Both the position numbers and the translations under genes were made by a program. This document shows positions 49,530-59,859 of a stretch of DNA of 64,000 bases, in pieces; position 1 is the stretch's first letter; each line of letters opens with the position of its first letter. Source of the stretch: Armatimonadota bacterium. GTDB taxonomy: Bacteria > Armatimonadota > Fimbriimonadia > Fimbriimonadales > GBS-DC. A model generated the notes under the pieces. It was not told the DNA's origin and did no database searches. It was given only the letters and a program-made list of their open reading frames with translations. The DNA is taken from positions 35,241 through 99,240 of the forward strand of contig JBBIJY010000009.1 of assembly GCA_037445735.1 (NCBI GenBank), written 5' to 3'.

Positions 49530-50761
49530 ACCCGATTGTAGCGCTGGATGTGGGCACGACGAAGGTCTGCTGCCTGATCGCTCAGCCGATGCCGGAGCGG
49601 TCGCTGCAGATTATCGGCTATGGCGTCTGCCCCTCACGCGGGCTGCGTCAGGGAACGATTATTGACCTTGACCAGACCGTCGCAGCCATCGAACACGCCG
49701 TGCAGGACGCCCAGTCGATGGCGGACACGCCCGTCACCGCTGCCTATGTGGGCGTTACAGGGGCGCATATCGAGACCATCCAGCGCCGCTCCGAAATCGT
49801 GATTGCCCGACCCGACCGCGAAATCACCGAAGAGGACATCGAACGCCTCCGCTTTCAGGTGCAACAGGTGGCACTGCCACCCGACCGCGAGCTGCTGCAC
49901 ACCCTGATCCGCCACTACAGCGTGGACGGTCAGCGCGGGATTATGAACCCTATCGGCATGAGCGCCACGCATGTGGAGGCGGAAGCGCTGCTGGTGACAG
50001 GAGGAGTGACCTTCTTGCAGAATCTGCGCCGGTGTGTGGAGCGGGCGGGGCTTCAACCGCTTGCGCTGGTGGTGGAACCCTACGCTTCGGGGCTGGCAGT
50101 GCTGAGTCCCGAAGAGCGCGAGGTGGGCGTCGCTCTGCTCGATATCGGTGGTGGCACCACCGATGTCGCCATCTTCATCGAGGGCAGCCTCGCCTACACT
50201 GGCGTGGTGCCACTGGGCGGCAACCATGTGTCGCGCGATGTATACTTAATGTTCCGCATCGCCTCCCCCGAGGAGGCGGAACGGGTCAAACGGGAGTACG
50301 GGTGCGCCCTTGCTGAGCGCGTGCCCGACGATGAGCTGGTGAGTTATCAGGAGATGGGCACAATGCAGCAGCGGCGGGTGCCCCGCCGAATCTTGACCGA
50401 AGTGATCGAGGAACGCATGCGCGAGATTCTGGAGCTGGCATACCAGGAAATACAGCAGTCCGGGCTTGCCGATCGACTGATGGCAGGCGTGGTGCTGACC
50501 GGCGGCGGCGCCTGCCTGCCCTGCACTGCCGAACTGGGGCGGCAGATTTTCGGCGCACTGCCCGTGCGCATCGGCACACCGATGCTCAAGGGCGACGCGC
50601 GCGCCAGCCTGAACCTGAGCCTGCAGCAGCCACCCTTCGCCACCGCCATCGGGCTGCTGCTCTACGCCCTGCACGAACTGCAACACCATCCCGATGAAGG
50701 CTGGACGCTTCGCCTCTGGCAACGGTTCATCCAGTCGTTCAAACGCCTGTTCAAACGCTAA
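49526..50761 (+). CDS. ftsA: Cell division protein FtsA
   Basis: LDVGTTKV, DIGGGTTD, VVLTGGGA. Confidence 0.96.
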   Translation: MNPIVALDVGTTKVCCLIAQPMPERSLQIIGYGVCPSRGLRQGTIIDLDQTVAAIEHAVQDAQSMADTPVTAAYVGVTGAHIETIQRRSEIVIARPDREITEEDIERLRFQVQQVALPPDRELLHTLIRHYSVDGQRGIMNPIGMSATHVEAEALLVTGGVTFLQNLRRCVERAGLQPLALVVEPYASGLAVLSPEEREVGVALLDIGGGTTDVAIFIEGSLAYTGVVPLGGNHVSRDVYLMFRIASPEEAERVKREYGCALAERVPDDELVSYQEMGTMQQRRVPRRILTEVIEERMREILELAYQEIQQSGLADRLMAGVVLTGGGACLPCTAELGRQIFGALPVRIGTPMLKGDARASLNLSLQQPPFATAIGLLLYALHELQHHPDEGWTLRLWQRFIQSFKRLFKR

Positions 50762-50810
50762 GCGGGCACTATCAGCCCACCCAACAAAGTCATGAACAAG
50801 GAGCACAGCC

Positions 50811-51998
50811 ATGGCAAAGGATAGCACCCAAACGAGCAGACCGAACACGGAGCCGACCGGGATCCGTGAAGCGCGTATCAAGGTTGTGGGCGTCGGTGGC
50901 GGCGGCAGCAACGCCGTCAACCGCATGATTGAAGTTGGCATTCAGGGCGTGGAGTTTATTGCGATGAACACCGACGCGCAGGTTCTCAACCTCTCACGGG
51001 CGTCCCAGAAACTGCAGCTGGGTCCCAGTGTGACGCGCGGGCTGGGCGCAGGCGGCAACCCCGAAGTGGGGCGCAAAGCCGCCGAAGAGAGCCGCAACGA
51101 AATCGCCCACCTTCTCGAAGGGGCTGACCTCGTGTTCGTCACCGCCGGTCTGGGCGGCGGCACGGGCACTGGCGCCGCCCCCATCGTCGCCGAAATCGCC
51201 CGCGATATGGGCGCCCTCACCATCGCCGTCGTCACCAAACCCTTCCGATTCGAAGGACCGCGCCGCGCCAGAGTCGCTGACGCCGGCGCCCAGCAACTCC
51301 AGGAGTTCGTCGACGCCATGATCGTCATCCACAACAGCCGCCTCGTCGATATCGCCGACCGAACCACCACCATGACCGAAGCCTTCCGCCTCGCCGACGA
51401 TGTGCTGCGCTACGGCGTGCAGGGCATCTCCGACATTATCCAGAAACCCGGTGAGATCAATGTCGACTTCGCCGATGTGCAGACCGTCCTGCGCAACGCC
51501 GGCACCGCCATGATGGGGCTGGGCAAAGGCACAGGCGAACAACGCGGACTGCAAGCCGTTCAGAGCGCCATGACCAGCAAACTGCTGGAAACCTCCATCG
51601 ATGGCGCTACGCGCGTGCTGGTCAATGTCACCACCCCGCAGGATATGGGTCTCCACGAGTTCGAAGAGGCACTGAGCCACCTCTACCAGCGGGTGGACCC
51701 CGAAGAAGCCAACATCATCGTGGGCTGGGTCAAGGACCCCAATATCGAAGATGTGGTCTATGTGACTCTGCTGGTGGCGGGCTTTCCGTCCACATCGCGC
51801 GATCAGGCGGTTGCCCAGTTCGAGCCGAAGGAAGAGCCACTGCCCCCGGTGCTGCTGCCGCCCAACACACGTCCATCGACGCCGCGTCCACCCCAGCCGT
51901 CCACCAGCAACCCGCCTGGCAACATCAGCCGCGACCGCAAGCTGGACTCCGACGAGTACGACATCCCCGCCTTCCTCCGCCGACACAATCTGCAATAA
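50811..51998 (+). CDS. ftsZ: Cell division protein FtsZ
   Basis: GGGTGTG tubulin signature, C-terminal DIPAFLR. Confidence 0.99.
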   Translation: MAKDSTQTSRPNTEPTGIREARIKVVGVGGGGSNAVNRMIEVGIQGVEFIAMNTDAQVLNLSRASQKLQLGPSVTRGLGAGGNPEVGRKAAEESRNEIAHLLEGADLVFVTAGLGGGTGTGAAPIVAEIARDMGALTIAVVTKPFRFEGPRRARVADAGAQQLQEFVDAMIVIHNSRLVDIADRTTTMTEAFRLADDVLRYGVQGISDIIQKPGEINVDFADVQTVLRNAGTAMMGLGKGTGEQRGLQAVQSAMTSKLLETSIDGATRVLVNVTTPQDMGLHEFEEALSHLYQRVDPEEANIIVGWVKDPNIEDVVYVTLLVAGFPSTSRDQAVAQFEPKEEPLPPVLLPPNTRPSTPRPPQPSTSNPPGNISRDRKLDSDEYDIPAFLRRHNLQ

Positions 51999-52009
51999 CC
52001 TGTTGCTGT

Positions 52010-52038
52010 GGGTGCGACGACAGCCGTCGTCGCACCCT
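52010..52038. repeat. REP-like/terminator hairpin after ftsZ
   Basis: GGGTGCGACGAC-agcc-GTCGTCGCACCC. Confidence 0.55.
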
Positions 52039-52115
52039 GCCCGCAACGCCTGTGTGCTATAATTCCATAGCCATTTCAGGCACGGCGTGGAATAATCTGC
52101 CTGAGGGAACCAGCC

Positions 52116-53087
52116 ATGCGAATCTTTCTCACAGGGTGCGCAGGCTTTATCGGCGCAAAGACGGCGCAACTGCTGCTGGAGCAGGAGGCGCAGGTCATCG
52201 GCGTGGACAACCTCAACGACGCCTATGACCCCCGCCTCAAACAGTGGCGACTGACCCAGCTGGAACGCTTCCCGAACTTCCAGTTCCATCAACTGGACAT
52301 CAGCGACTGGGAGGCGACACGGGCGCTGTTTGAAGCCTATCGCCCCTACGATGCGGTGATTAATCTGGCGGCGCGGGCAGGCGTGCGCCAGAGCGTGGAG
52401 AACCCATGGGTCTATATCGCCACCAACATCACGGGCGCGCTGAACCTGCTGGAACTGTGCCGGCGCCACGATGTGCCCAAATATATTCTGGCGTCCACCT
52501 CCAGCCTGTACGGCAATAACGAACGCCCCTTCCGCGAGGATCAGCCGACCGACCAGCCGCTCTCCCCTTACGCCGCCTCCAAAAAGGGCGCGGAGGCTCT
52601 CTGCCACACCTACCACCACCTCTATGGGCTGGACATCACGGTGCTGCGCTACTTCACCGTGTACGGTCCCGCCGGGCGACCCGATATGAGCATCTTCCGA
52701 TTCGTGCGCTGGATTGCGGAGGGCGAGCCGATTCAACTGTTTGGGGACGGTTTGCAGGAGCGCGACTTCACCTATGTGGACGACATCGCGCGGGGCACGA
52801 TCGCCGCGCTCAAACCGCTCGGCTACGCCATCATCAATCTGGGGGGCGACCGCCCCGTGTCGCTGCGCTGGGTGATTGAAACGCTGGAGCGCCTGCTGGG
52901 CAAGCCCGCCCGCTGGGTTCAGGCACCGATGCACCCCGCCGATGTGAAAGCCACCTGGGCGGACATCACCCGCGCGCGCACCCTGCTCGGCTGGGAACCG
53001 CAGGTGCCCCTCGAAGAGGGACTGCGCCGCTGCGTCGAATGGTACCTCCAGAATCGCGACTGGGCAAGGGAGATTCAACTGCCATGA
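52116..53087 (+). CDS. NAD-dependent epimerase (UDP-glucuronate 4-epimerase-like)
   Basis: TGCAGFIG, AARAGVRQS, YAASK, RPDM. Confidence 0.9.
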   Translation: MRIFLTGCAGFIGAKTAQLLLEQEAQVIGVDNLNDAYDPRLKQWRLTQLERFPNFQFHQLDISDWEATRALFEAYRPYDAVINLAARAGVRQSVENPWVYIATNITGALNLLELCRRHDVPKYILASTSSLYGNNERPFREDQPTDQPLSPYAASKKGAEALCHTYHHLYGLDITVLRYFTVYGPAGRPDMSIFRFVRWIAEGEPIQLFGDGLQERDFTYVDDIARGTIAALKPLGYAIINLGGDRPVSLRWVIETLERLLGKPARWVQAPMHPADVKATWADITRARTLLGWEPQVPLEEGLRRCVEWYLQNRDWAREIQLP

Positions 53088-54388
53088 CAGAGAAGACAGT
53101 CTGTGTTGTGGGACTGGGCTATGTGGGCGTGCCACTAACGGTGGAGTTCGCTCGCTGGATGCCCACCATCGGCTACGACATCGATGCGGAGCGAGTACAG
53201 GAACTCCAGCAAGGCTATGACCGCAACGGGGAAATTCCCGAATCGGCACTGCGCCAGCCGAATCTGCGCCTGACCACCGACCCCACCGCCATTCGGGAAG
53301 CCGACTTCGTGATTATCACCGTGCCGACCCCCGTCGATAAAGCGAAGCGTCCCGACCTCCGCTACCTCAAAGAAGCCAGCTTCACCGTCGGACAGAACCT
53401 CAAGCGCGGCGCCATCGTGGTCTACGAATCGACCGTGTATCCTGGCTGCACGGAAGAGGAGTGTGTGCCGGTACTGGAAGCCGCTTCGGGCATGCGCTGT
53501 GGCGTCGATTTCAAGGTGGGCTACTCACCCGAACGCATCAACCCCGGTGACCCTGAGCATAACCTGCGCACGATAGTGAAGGTGGTCGCCGGGCAGGATG
53601 AAGAGACCACCGAGACGCTGGCGCAACTCTACGGGCTGGTGGTTGAGGCTGGTATTCACAAAGCACCAGATATTCGAACCGCCGAAGCTGCCAAAGTGAT
53701 CGAAAACACCCAGCGCGACCTGAACATTGCCCTGATGAATGAGCTGGCGTTGCTGTTCCATCAGCTGGGGCTGAACACGCGCGAGGTGCTGGCTGCCGCC
53801 CGCACCAAGTGGAACTTCCTGCCGTTTGAACCCGGGCTGGTTGGTGGACACTGTATCCCTGTCGACCCCTACTATTTGACCCACAAGGCGCAGGAGATAG
53901 GCTTCCACCCCGAAGTGATTCTGGCAGGACGACGCATCAACGACCAGATGGGCATCTATGTGGCGCAGGAAACTGTCAAGTTGCTTATTCATGCCGGGCG
54001 CTCGGTGCTGGGTGCGCGCCTGCTGGTGATGGGACTAACTTTCAAAGAGAATGTGCCCGATGTGCGCAACTCGCGCGTCGTTGAACTGATTGCCGAGTTG
54101 CAACGCTTCGGCTGCGAAGTGGAGGTGTGCGACCCGCTGGTGGTGGAAAGCGAGCGTCGCCGCCTGCCCTGCACCTTCATCGACAACCCGTTCGAGTGTC
54201 GACGCGGCGCCTATGATGGGATTGTGCTGGCTGTGCCGCATCGTATGTTCCGTGAACGCCCTCTGCGCGACTATCTGGCTCTCCTGCGCGAGCGCATACG
54301 CGGCGTCTTTGTGGATGTGAAAGGTGTTTACCTTGCTGAAGCCCGCGACAGCACCGTTAACTCCCAAATTTTATACTGGAATCTGTAA
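53084..54388 (+). CDS. UDP-N-acetylhexosamine dehydrogenase (WbpO/TviB-like)
   Basis: GLGYVG, YSPERINPG, GGHCIPVDP, FKENVPDVRNS. Confidence 0.9.
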   Translation: MTEKTVCVVGLGYVGVPLTVEFARWMPTIGYDIDAERVQELQQGYDRNGEIPESALRQPNLRLTTDPTAIREADFVIITVPTPVDKAKRPDLRYLKEASFTVGQNLKRGAIVVYESTVYPGCTEEECVPVLEAASGMRCGVDFKVGYSPERINPGDPEHNLRTIVKVVAGQDEETTETLAQLYGLVVEAGIHKAPDIRTAEAAKVIENTQRDLNIALMNELALLFHQLGLNTREVLAAARTKWNFLPFEPGLVGGHCIPVDPYYLTHKAQEIGFHPEVILAGRRINDQMGIYVAQETVKLLIHAGRSVLGARLLVMGLTFKENVPDVRNSRVVELIAELQRFGCEVEVCDPLVVESERRRLPCTFIDNPFECRRGAYDGIVLAVPHRMFRERPLRDYLALLRERIRGVFVDVKGVYLAEARDSTVNSQILYWNL

Positions 54389-55538
54389 TATCAGGTGATG
54401 TGGGGTGACCGCCCTGAAGCAGGGCTTCATACAGGGCTTCGTAGCGGCGCACTGTGTGGCGGATGTCGAAGTGGGCAACGGCACGCTGGCGTGCCGCGAT
54501 GCCCATCTGTTGCCGCCGCCCAGGCTGATCGATGAGCGTCTGCAGCGCATGGGTCAGTGCCGATTCATCCTCGGAGGGCACCAGTAGTCCACTGATGCCA
54601 TCCTCAACCAGTTCGGGCACACCCCCTACCGCCGTCGCGACCACAGGCAGCCCGCTCGCCATCGCCTCCTGCACCGACAGCGGGTTGCCCTCCACCCGCG
54701 AGGAAAGCACAAAGATGTCCGAAGCGTTCAGAATAGCGGGCACATCGGAACGCTGTCCCAGCAGGCGAACTCGCTCCGAGAGCCGCAACGCCTCGACTTG
54801 CTGGCGGATGGCAACATCCTGTTCGCCCGTGCCCACAATCAGCAGATAGAGAGGCACAGATGCCCGCAGCTGGGCAAAAGCGCGCATTAGCAGCGCATGG
54901 TTCTTGAGCGCCACCAGCCGCCCCACTGTGGTGATGACCATCGCGTGCGGTTCCAACCCCTGCTCGGCTCGCCAGCGCAGACGCCGTTCCATATCGGGCG
55001 CGTACTCATCGGTGGGGATGCCGTTGGGTATCAGGGGCGCATTCCGATAGCCGTAAAGCTGCTCTATGGTTCGCTGAACCCCCGCTGCCACAGCAACGGG
55101 CACGACGCGCCCGATGCGATAGCGGAACGCCAGCAACCGCACCCACTTGCCCACCCGAACCCCCATCTCTTTTGGCGCTAGGCTGTGAATCGTATGCACA
55201 CGCACGGGCGTGCGATAAAGCAGCATCAGGGGATAGGCATAGTTCAGCCCGATAATGTGCGTGTGCACGACGGTGGGGCGATACTGGCGAAACAGCGCCT
55301 GCAGCTGACGATAGACACGCGCGTTAGCCCCACTGCCCTTGCCCAGAAAATAGAGCGGAATGCCCGCCTGCTGCAGCGCTGTCTCATAATGCGTGCCCAG
55401 CGGCTTTTCCAGGCAAATCGCCACTGGCGCATAGCGCCGACGGTTCAGGTGCAGTAACAGGTTCACCACCAGCCGCTCCGCACCGCCGACCACCAGACTG
55501 GGCACAATCTGAAAAAGGGGCTGAGCCTCGCCGTGCAT
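54357..55538 (-). CDS. Glycosyltransferase family 4
   Basis: GGAER, EGNPLSVQEAMASG. Confidence 0.9.
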   Translation of the reverse strand: MHGEAQPLFQIVPSLVVGGAERLVVNLLLHLNRRRYAPVAICLEKPLGTHYETALQQAGIPLYFLGKGSGANARVYRQLQALFRQYRPTVVHTHIIGLNYAYPLMLLYRTPVRVHTIHSLAPKEMGVRVGKWVRLLAFRYRIGRVVPVAVAAGVQRTIEQLYGYRNAPLIPNGIPTDEYAPDMERRLRWRAEQGLEPHAMVITTVGRLVALKNHALLMRAFAQLRASVPLYLLIVGTGEQDVAIRQQVEALRLSERVRLLGQRSDVPAILNASDIFVLSSRVEGNPLSVQEAMASGLPVVATAVGGVPELVEDGISGLLVPSEDESALTHALQTLIDQPGRRQQMGIAARQRAVAHFDIRHTVRRYEALYEALLQGGHPTSPDITDSSIKFGS

Positions 55539-55588
55539 TGTCCCAAGTGTACCTGAGGTGGTGGGCAGTTTTATGGTACAATCGGCAT

Positions 55589-56695
55589 GTGCAGCCCAAG
55601 GTGCTGTTCTATCTCCGCAATCTGGCGGCTGGTGGCGCTGAGCGGGTGATGGTTATCCTTGCCAATAACTTCGCCCGCATCGGCGCGGAGGTGGTGATGG
55701 TTATCATGTCACCACCCGACACCCTCGCCAAGGAGCTGGAGCCAAACATTCGGCTTATTAATCTTGGCACGGGGCGCTACGCCGTTGGCGGACTTCGCCT
55801 GGCGCGGGTGCTGCGTCAGGAACGCCCCCATGCCCTGCTCAGCTCCCAGCACGGCACAAACTTCTGGGCAATTCAGGCACGGCGTCTGGCGCGCGTGCCT
55901 GTGCGCATCGTGCTGCGCGAAGCGACCACACCCACTGAAGCGATGAGATACTATCGCAGGCTGAAAAACCGCCTGCGCACTCTTCTCTTCATTCGCAGCG
56001 CTTACCCCAAAGCGGATGCCGTCGTTGCCCCCTCGCAGGGCGTGCGCGAGTCGCTGGCTGCCCTCACCGGCTTACCCATCGAACACATCCATCTCATCTA
56101 CAACCCCACCATCACACGGCAGATGCCGATGCTCATGAAAGAGCCTCTGAACCATCCATGGTTTGCTCCAGGGGAGCCGCCTGTGATTCTGGCGGTGGGA
56201 CGGCTGGTGCCGCTCAAAGGCTATGCGACACTGATTCGAGCGGTTGCACGGGTGCGCCAGCAGCTCCCCGCTCGCCTGCTTATTCTGGGTGAAGGAGAGG
56301 ATCGCCCGCGCCTGGAAGGGCTGATCCGCCAGCTGAATCTGGAGCCTTATGTTCAGCTGCCCGGCTTTGATCCGAACCCGTTTCGCTATATGGCACGCGC
56401 GAGCGTCTTCGTGCTATCCTCGGAATATGAAGGGATGCCCAACGCACTGATTCAGGCGCTGGCGTGTGGCTGCCCCGTTGTCAGCACGGATTGCGTCAGC
56501 GGACCGCGTGAGGTGCTGCACAACGGTCGCTATGGGCGGCTGGTGCCGGTGGGGGATGCCGATGCACTGGCTGCTGCTATCATCGAAACCCTCAGCAGTG
56601 AACCGCCATCGGTGCCTGAATCGTGGCTGGATCAGTTCCGCGAGGAGCATGTGTTCGCCCGCTACCGCCAGCTACTGCTACCGGAGGGAAGCTGA
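55589..56695 (+). CDS. Glycosyltransferase family 4
   Basis: GGAERV, EGMPNALIQALACG; GTG start inferred. Confidence 0.9.
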   Translation: MQPKVLFYLRNLAAGGAERVMVILANNFARIGAEVVMVIMSPPDTLAKELEPNIRLINLGTGRYAVGGLRLARVLRQERPHALLSSQHGTNFWAIQARRLARVPVRIVLREATTPTEAMRYYRRLKNRLRTLLFIRSAYPKADAVVAPSQGVRESLAALTGLPIEHIHLIYNPTITRQMPMLMKEPLNHPWFAPGEPPVILAVGRLVPLKGYATLIRAVARVRQQLPARLLILGEGEDRPRLEGLIRQLNLEPYVQLPGFDPNPFRYMARASVFVLSSEYEGMPNALIQALACGCPVVSTDCVSGPREVLHNGRYGRLVPVGDADALAAAIIETLSSEPPSVPESWLDQFREEHVFARYRQLLLPEGS

Positions 56696-58158
56696 TGGAA
56701 AGTCAGAAGGTATCGGAAAGTCTGCGCCAGAAAGCCTTTAAAGGGGCTGCTTATCTCACTGTGCGGCAGGCAATTCTGACCGTAGTCAGGGTGGCAGGTG
56801 CCTTCTATCTGGCTCGGGTGCTGGGACCGGAACCCTATGGACTTTATGGAGCCGCTTTTGCCATCTTTACCTACCTGCAAACGGTGGGATTGATGGGCAT
56901 CGATATCTACCTGATTCGGGAGCTTTCAAACCGAAACCTGTTCCATATGGTGTTCTGGTGGTTTCTCCTGTACGGCACAGGGATCATGCTGGTATCACAG
57001 GGGCTGCTAATACTGATAGGGCATTACTGGATACGCACGGAGGGATTTGTTGCTCTTTCGCTCATTCTCTGTCTCAATCTGCCCGTCGCGTTGCTTACCC
57101 GTATCCCCACCGCTCTGCTGGAGCAACAGCTGGACTATCGGCGGGTCGCCGCAATTGAGGTCAGCAGCCAGCTGGTTTACTATCTAACGGCAATACCGGG
57201 AGCACTTCATGGCATGGGGGCGTGGGCGCTGGTGCTTGGCTTCTGGGTCAGTCAGCTGACCGCCGCGGTGGTGGCGTTCCTTGCTGCGCGCTTCCGCCCA
57301 CGCTGGTACTGGGATAAGCGTCAATTAAAGCCAATGCTCTCGTATGGTTTCGGTCAGTTTCTTTATCAGGGCTTAACTAACCTTCAAAACATCGTGCCTT
57401 CTCTGGTTTTACTACCTCTGGCTGGCAAGGAAGCAATGGGGCACTGGGCAATGGCGGAGCGAATCATCGCCATGCTTTCCTTCATAAAAGGGGTTGCTGG
57501 GCGTCTCTCACTGCCTGCTTTCGCGCATCTTCAGCACGACTTGGCGCGGTTATGCAAAGCAGTCAATGATACTGTTCGTCTACAGGCATTTATTATGGGA
57601 TTAACTTATTCTGTATGGAGCTTAGTAGGTGTTGTAGCTGTACCCGTGATACTGGGCTCCCGCTGGAACCACCATCTACTTCTTTCTCTGATAGCAATTT
57701 TGGCGATTCGATCGTTGTTCTCTGCCCTAACGGCGGCTCAATCCTCTGCTCTTGCCGTACGCAAGCACAATGCTGCCGTCGTGATCACTGTGCTCATCTA
57801 TCTGGTGGGCTTCACTCTCTTGGGATATGTGCTGGTGGCATGGTTACCTCCTGCATGGAAGGTAATCGGTTTTGGTGTCGCTTCGCTGTTAGCTGTTCTA
57901 CCCAGCCGCCTCGTACGGCATATGGCTTTCGTTCACTATATCGGTCGCCCAACCTATACGGATAGTTTTCTTTTTGGTGCAATTACAGGTTGCCTGCTTT
58001 TTGCACCGCTGACAACCCCCTGGCTTTACGCAGTTGCTGCCTTAGTCCTTGCCCTTCCGATCACTCGCCGTGCAATCAAAGAGACCCTGCAGTCTCTGCG
58101 TACTCAGAATCCTCTCAGATGGCGCAAAAGGCATGCGAACCGCTCGGAAACGGTGTAG
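56695..58158 (+). CDS. Wzx-like polysaccharide flippase
   Basis: Multi-TM, LARVLGPEPYG, GAWALV. Confidence 0.85.
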   Translation: MESQKVSESLRQKAFKGAAYLTVRQAILTVVRVAGAFYLARVLGPEPYGLYGAAFAIFTYLQTVGLMGIDIYLIRELSNRNLFHMVFWWFLLYGTGIMLVSQGLLILIGHYWIRTEGFVALSLILCLNLPVALLTRIPTALLEQQLDYRRVAAIEVSSQLVYYLTAIPGALHGMGAWALVLGFWVSQLTAAVVAFLAARFRPRWYWDKRQLKPMLSYGFGQFLYQGLTNLQNIVPSLVLLPLAGKEAMGHWAMAERIIAMLSFIKGVAGRLSLPAFAHLQHDLARLCKAVNDTVRLQAFIMGLTYSVWSLVGVVAVPVILGSRWNHHLLLSLIAILAIRSLFSALTAAQSSALAVRKHNAAVVITVLIYLVGFTLLGYVLVAWLPPAWKVIGFGVASLLAVLPSRLVRHMAFVHYIGRPTYTDSFLFGAITGCLLFAPLTTPWLYAVAALVLALPITRRAIKETLQSLRTQNPLRWRKRHANRSETV

Positions 58159-58207
58159 TTTCATGACTGGATATGGTATAATCGTGACAACGCAAGGTGA
58201 GAGGCAC

Positions 58208-58700
58208 ATGCTGAGTAAACTGAGAAGGTACCTGATTGGGATACCGATTTGTAATGCGCTATTATGGTGGTCTGTTTTTGCTTTCCCTGCCAGCCTCTCG
58301 AGGAGCATCTGGACACGCGGTGAGCGATTTCGAGCAGAGGATCTGCAGTTTTCAACCCGTCTGTTGCGCCCTGGTGATGTCTTCGTGGATGTGGGTGCTA
58401 ACATTGGCACACATACAGTATATGTCTTGGGCGTCTTGTTGCTCCCACTGGCTGGGTCTATTCCTTTGAACCGCACCCTCGTATTTTCCACTATCTGGAA
58501 CAAAATGCGAAGCTTAACTCCCTGCGCAATGTATCCTCTATAATGTTGCGCTTGGAGAGAGTGAAGGCGAGGCGATCATGACGGACATGCGTGCCGATGA
58601 CATTAACTATATCGCATCCAGCGTTTCGGAGGGGGTCAAGGTCCCTTTACACCGCCTTGACTCGTTCGAATGGGCAGAATCACCTATAACGCTAACGGTG
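58208..58700 (+). pseudogene. FkbM-family methyltransferase, frameshifted and truncated
   Basis: VFVDVGANIG, then VYSFEPHP and YNVALG in other frames; no KIDVEG motif. Confidence 0.75.
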
Positions 58701-58725
58701 TATTTATCAAATATTATAAAGTTTT

Positions 58726-59859
58726 CTATGATTTTATTTGAGCAATGGTCAGGATTGACTCCACATAACGCTCAGGATGATGGCGCTCCACCACCAGCTG
58801 ATAGCTGCGTTCACCCATCGCGACCATTCGATCCCGATCCACGATAATTGCCTCGATTTTCACTGCCAGATCGTCCACATCATCCGTTCGAAAGATATAA
58901 CCATTCTGCCCCGGTTCGATGTAGCATCGGGTGCCGCAGGTATCGCTGCAAATCACAGGCAGACTGTTCGCCATCGCCTCCACAGGCGAGACCGCTGCAG
59001 GCTCATCCCTGCTGGGCAATACAAACAGGTCATGGTGAGCATATTCCTGGAGCATCTCGGCAAAAGGAATGTTGAGCCGAATATCGACCAGCGACTGCAT
59101 GCCATGCTCGCTGATAAACTGCTGCACCTGCTCGAGAACCGCTCGTCGATGCGCCTCTGTGCAATCACCTATAAGGGTCAGGTGCAGGGGGTAGGTGTCG
59201 CGCAATCGCTCAATCGCCTGCAATAGTAGCAGGTGATTTTTTCGCCGCTCAAACTTGCCAACCATAACAATATTAATCTTATCATTTCGGAACCACAACT
59301 TGAGCTCGGGAGGTGTCACAGGTGGGACAACAAAGGGTACGTAGTGAATCAGGTCTGATGATGGACGGTTCGGCTCAGGTTCTCCCAACACAGGGGTCAT
59401 CCACTGTGCCTGACACCAGCGGGTCAAACGCTCTACACGTGGACTTAAGACGCTGTATCGGGGAAACTGTGCATAAAAGATGAGGCGCGATCGGTTAAGC
59501 TTGGCCATAATGATACTTAATCGCCCATACATAGTCGTTATGGGATCGCGAATAATCGTTATGGTCGGGCGAAATTGGCGAAACAGGCGCCCGAGTCGTC
59601 CCACAGGGGGCAGATAGTACCTCAAGTAGGCATGGTATGACTTTTGCTTGATATGGAAGTATCGATCAACTGCTTTGAAAAACCATGACGGACCCAATAT
59701 CTGCGGCTGCAACACGCGGTAATCCTCGCTGCTACCCTGAAAAAGAGCAAAGAATTGAACTTGATGCCCCGCCTCAAGCAGAGCTTTCACCGCATAGTAC
59801 TGATTTGTATGAAAGCGGGGTGCCGTGAACACAATTCGCTGTGCGGAAGGCTCCTTCAT
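58726..59859 (-). CDS. Glycosyltransferase family 4
   Basis: FVLPSRDEPAAVSPVEAMA. Confidence 0.85.
   Translation of the reverse strand: MKEPSAQRIVFTAPRFHTNQYYAVKALLEAGHQVQFFALFQGSSEDYRVLQPQILGPSWFFKAVDRYFHIKQKSYHAYLRYYLPPVGRLGRLFRQFRPTITIIRDPITTMYGRLSIIMAKLNRSRLIFYAQFPRYSVLSPRVERLTRWCQAQWMTPVLGEPEPNRPSSDLIHYVPFVVPPVTPPELKLWFRNDKINIVMVGKFERRKNHLLLLQAIERLRDTYPLHLTLIGDCTEAHRRAVLEQVQQFISEHGMQSLVDIRLNIPFAEMLQEYAHHDLFVLPSRDEPAAVSPVEAMANSLPVICSDTCGTRCYIEPGQNGYIFRTDDVDDLAVKIEAIIVDRDRMVAMGERSYQLVVERHHPERYVESILTIAQIKS

Noticed and set aside
50994-53249. 751-aa minus-strand ORF (and other long shadow ORFs such as 10349-12187, 34799-36124, 7636-8793)
   Set aside because: Antisense to well-supported genes; expected from high-GC codon bias; no recognisable motifs
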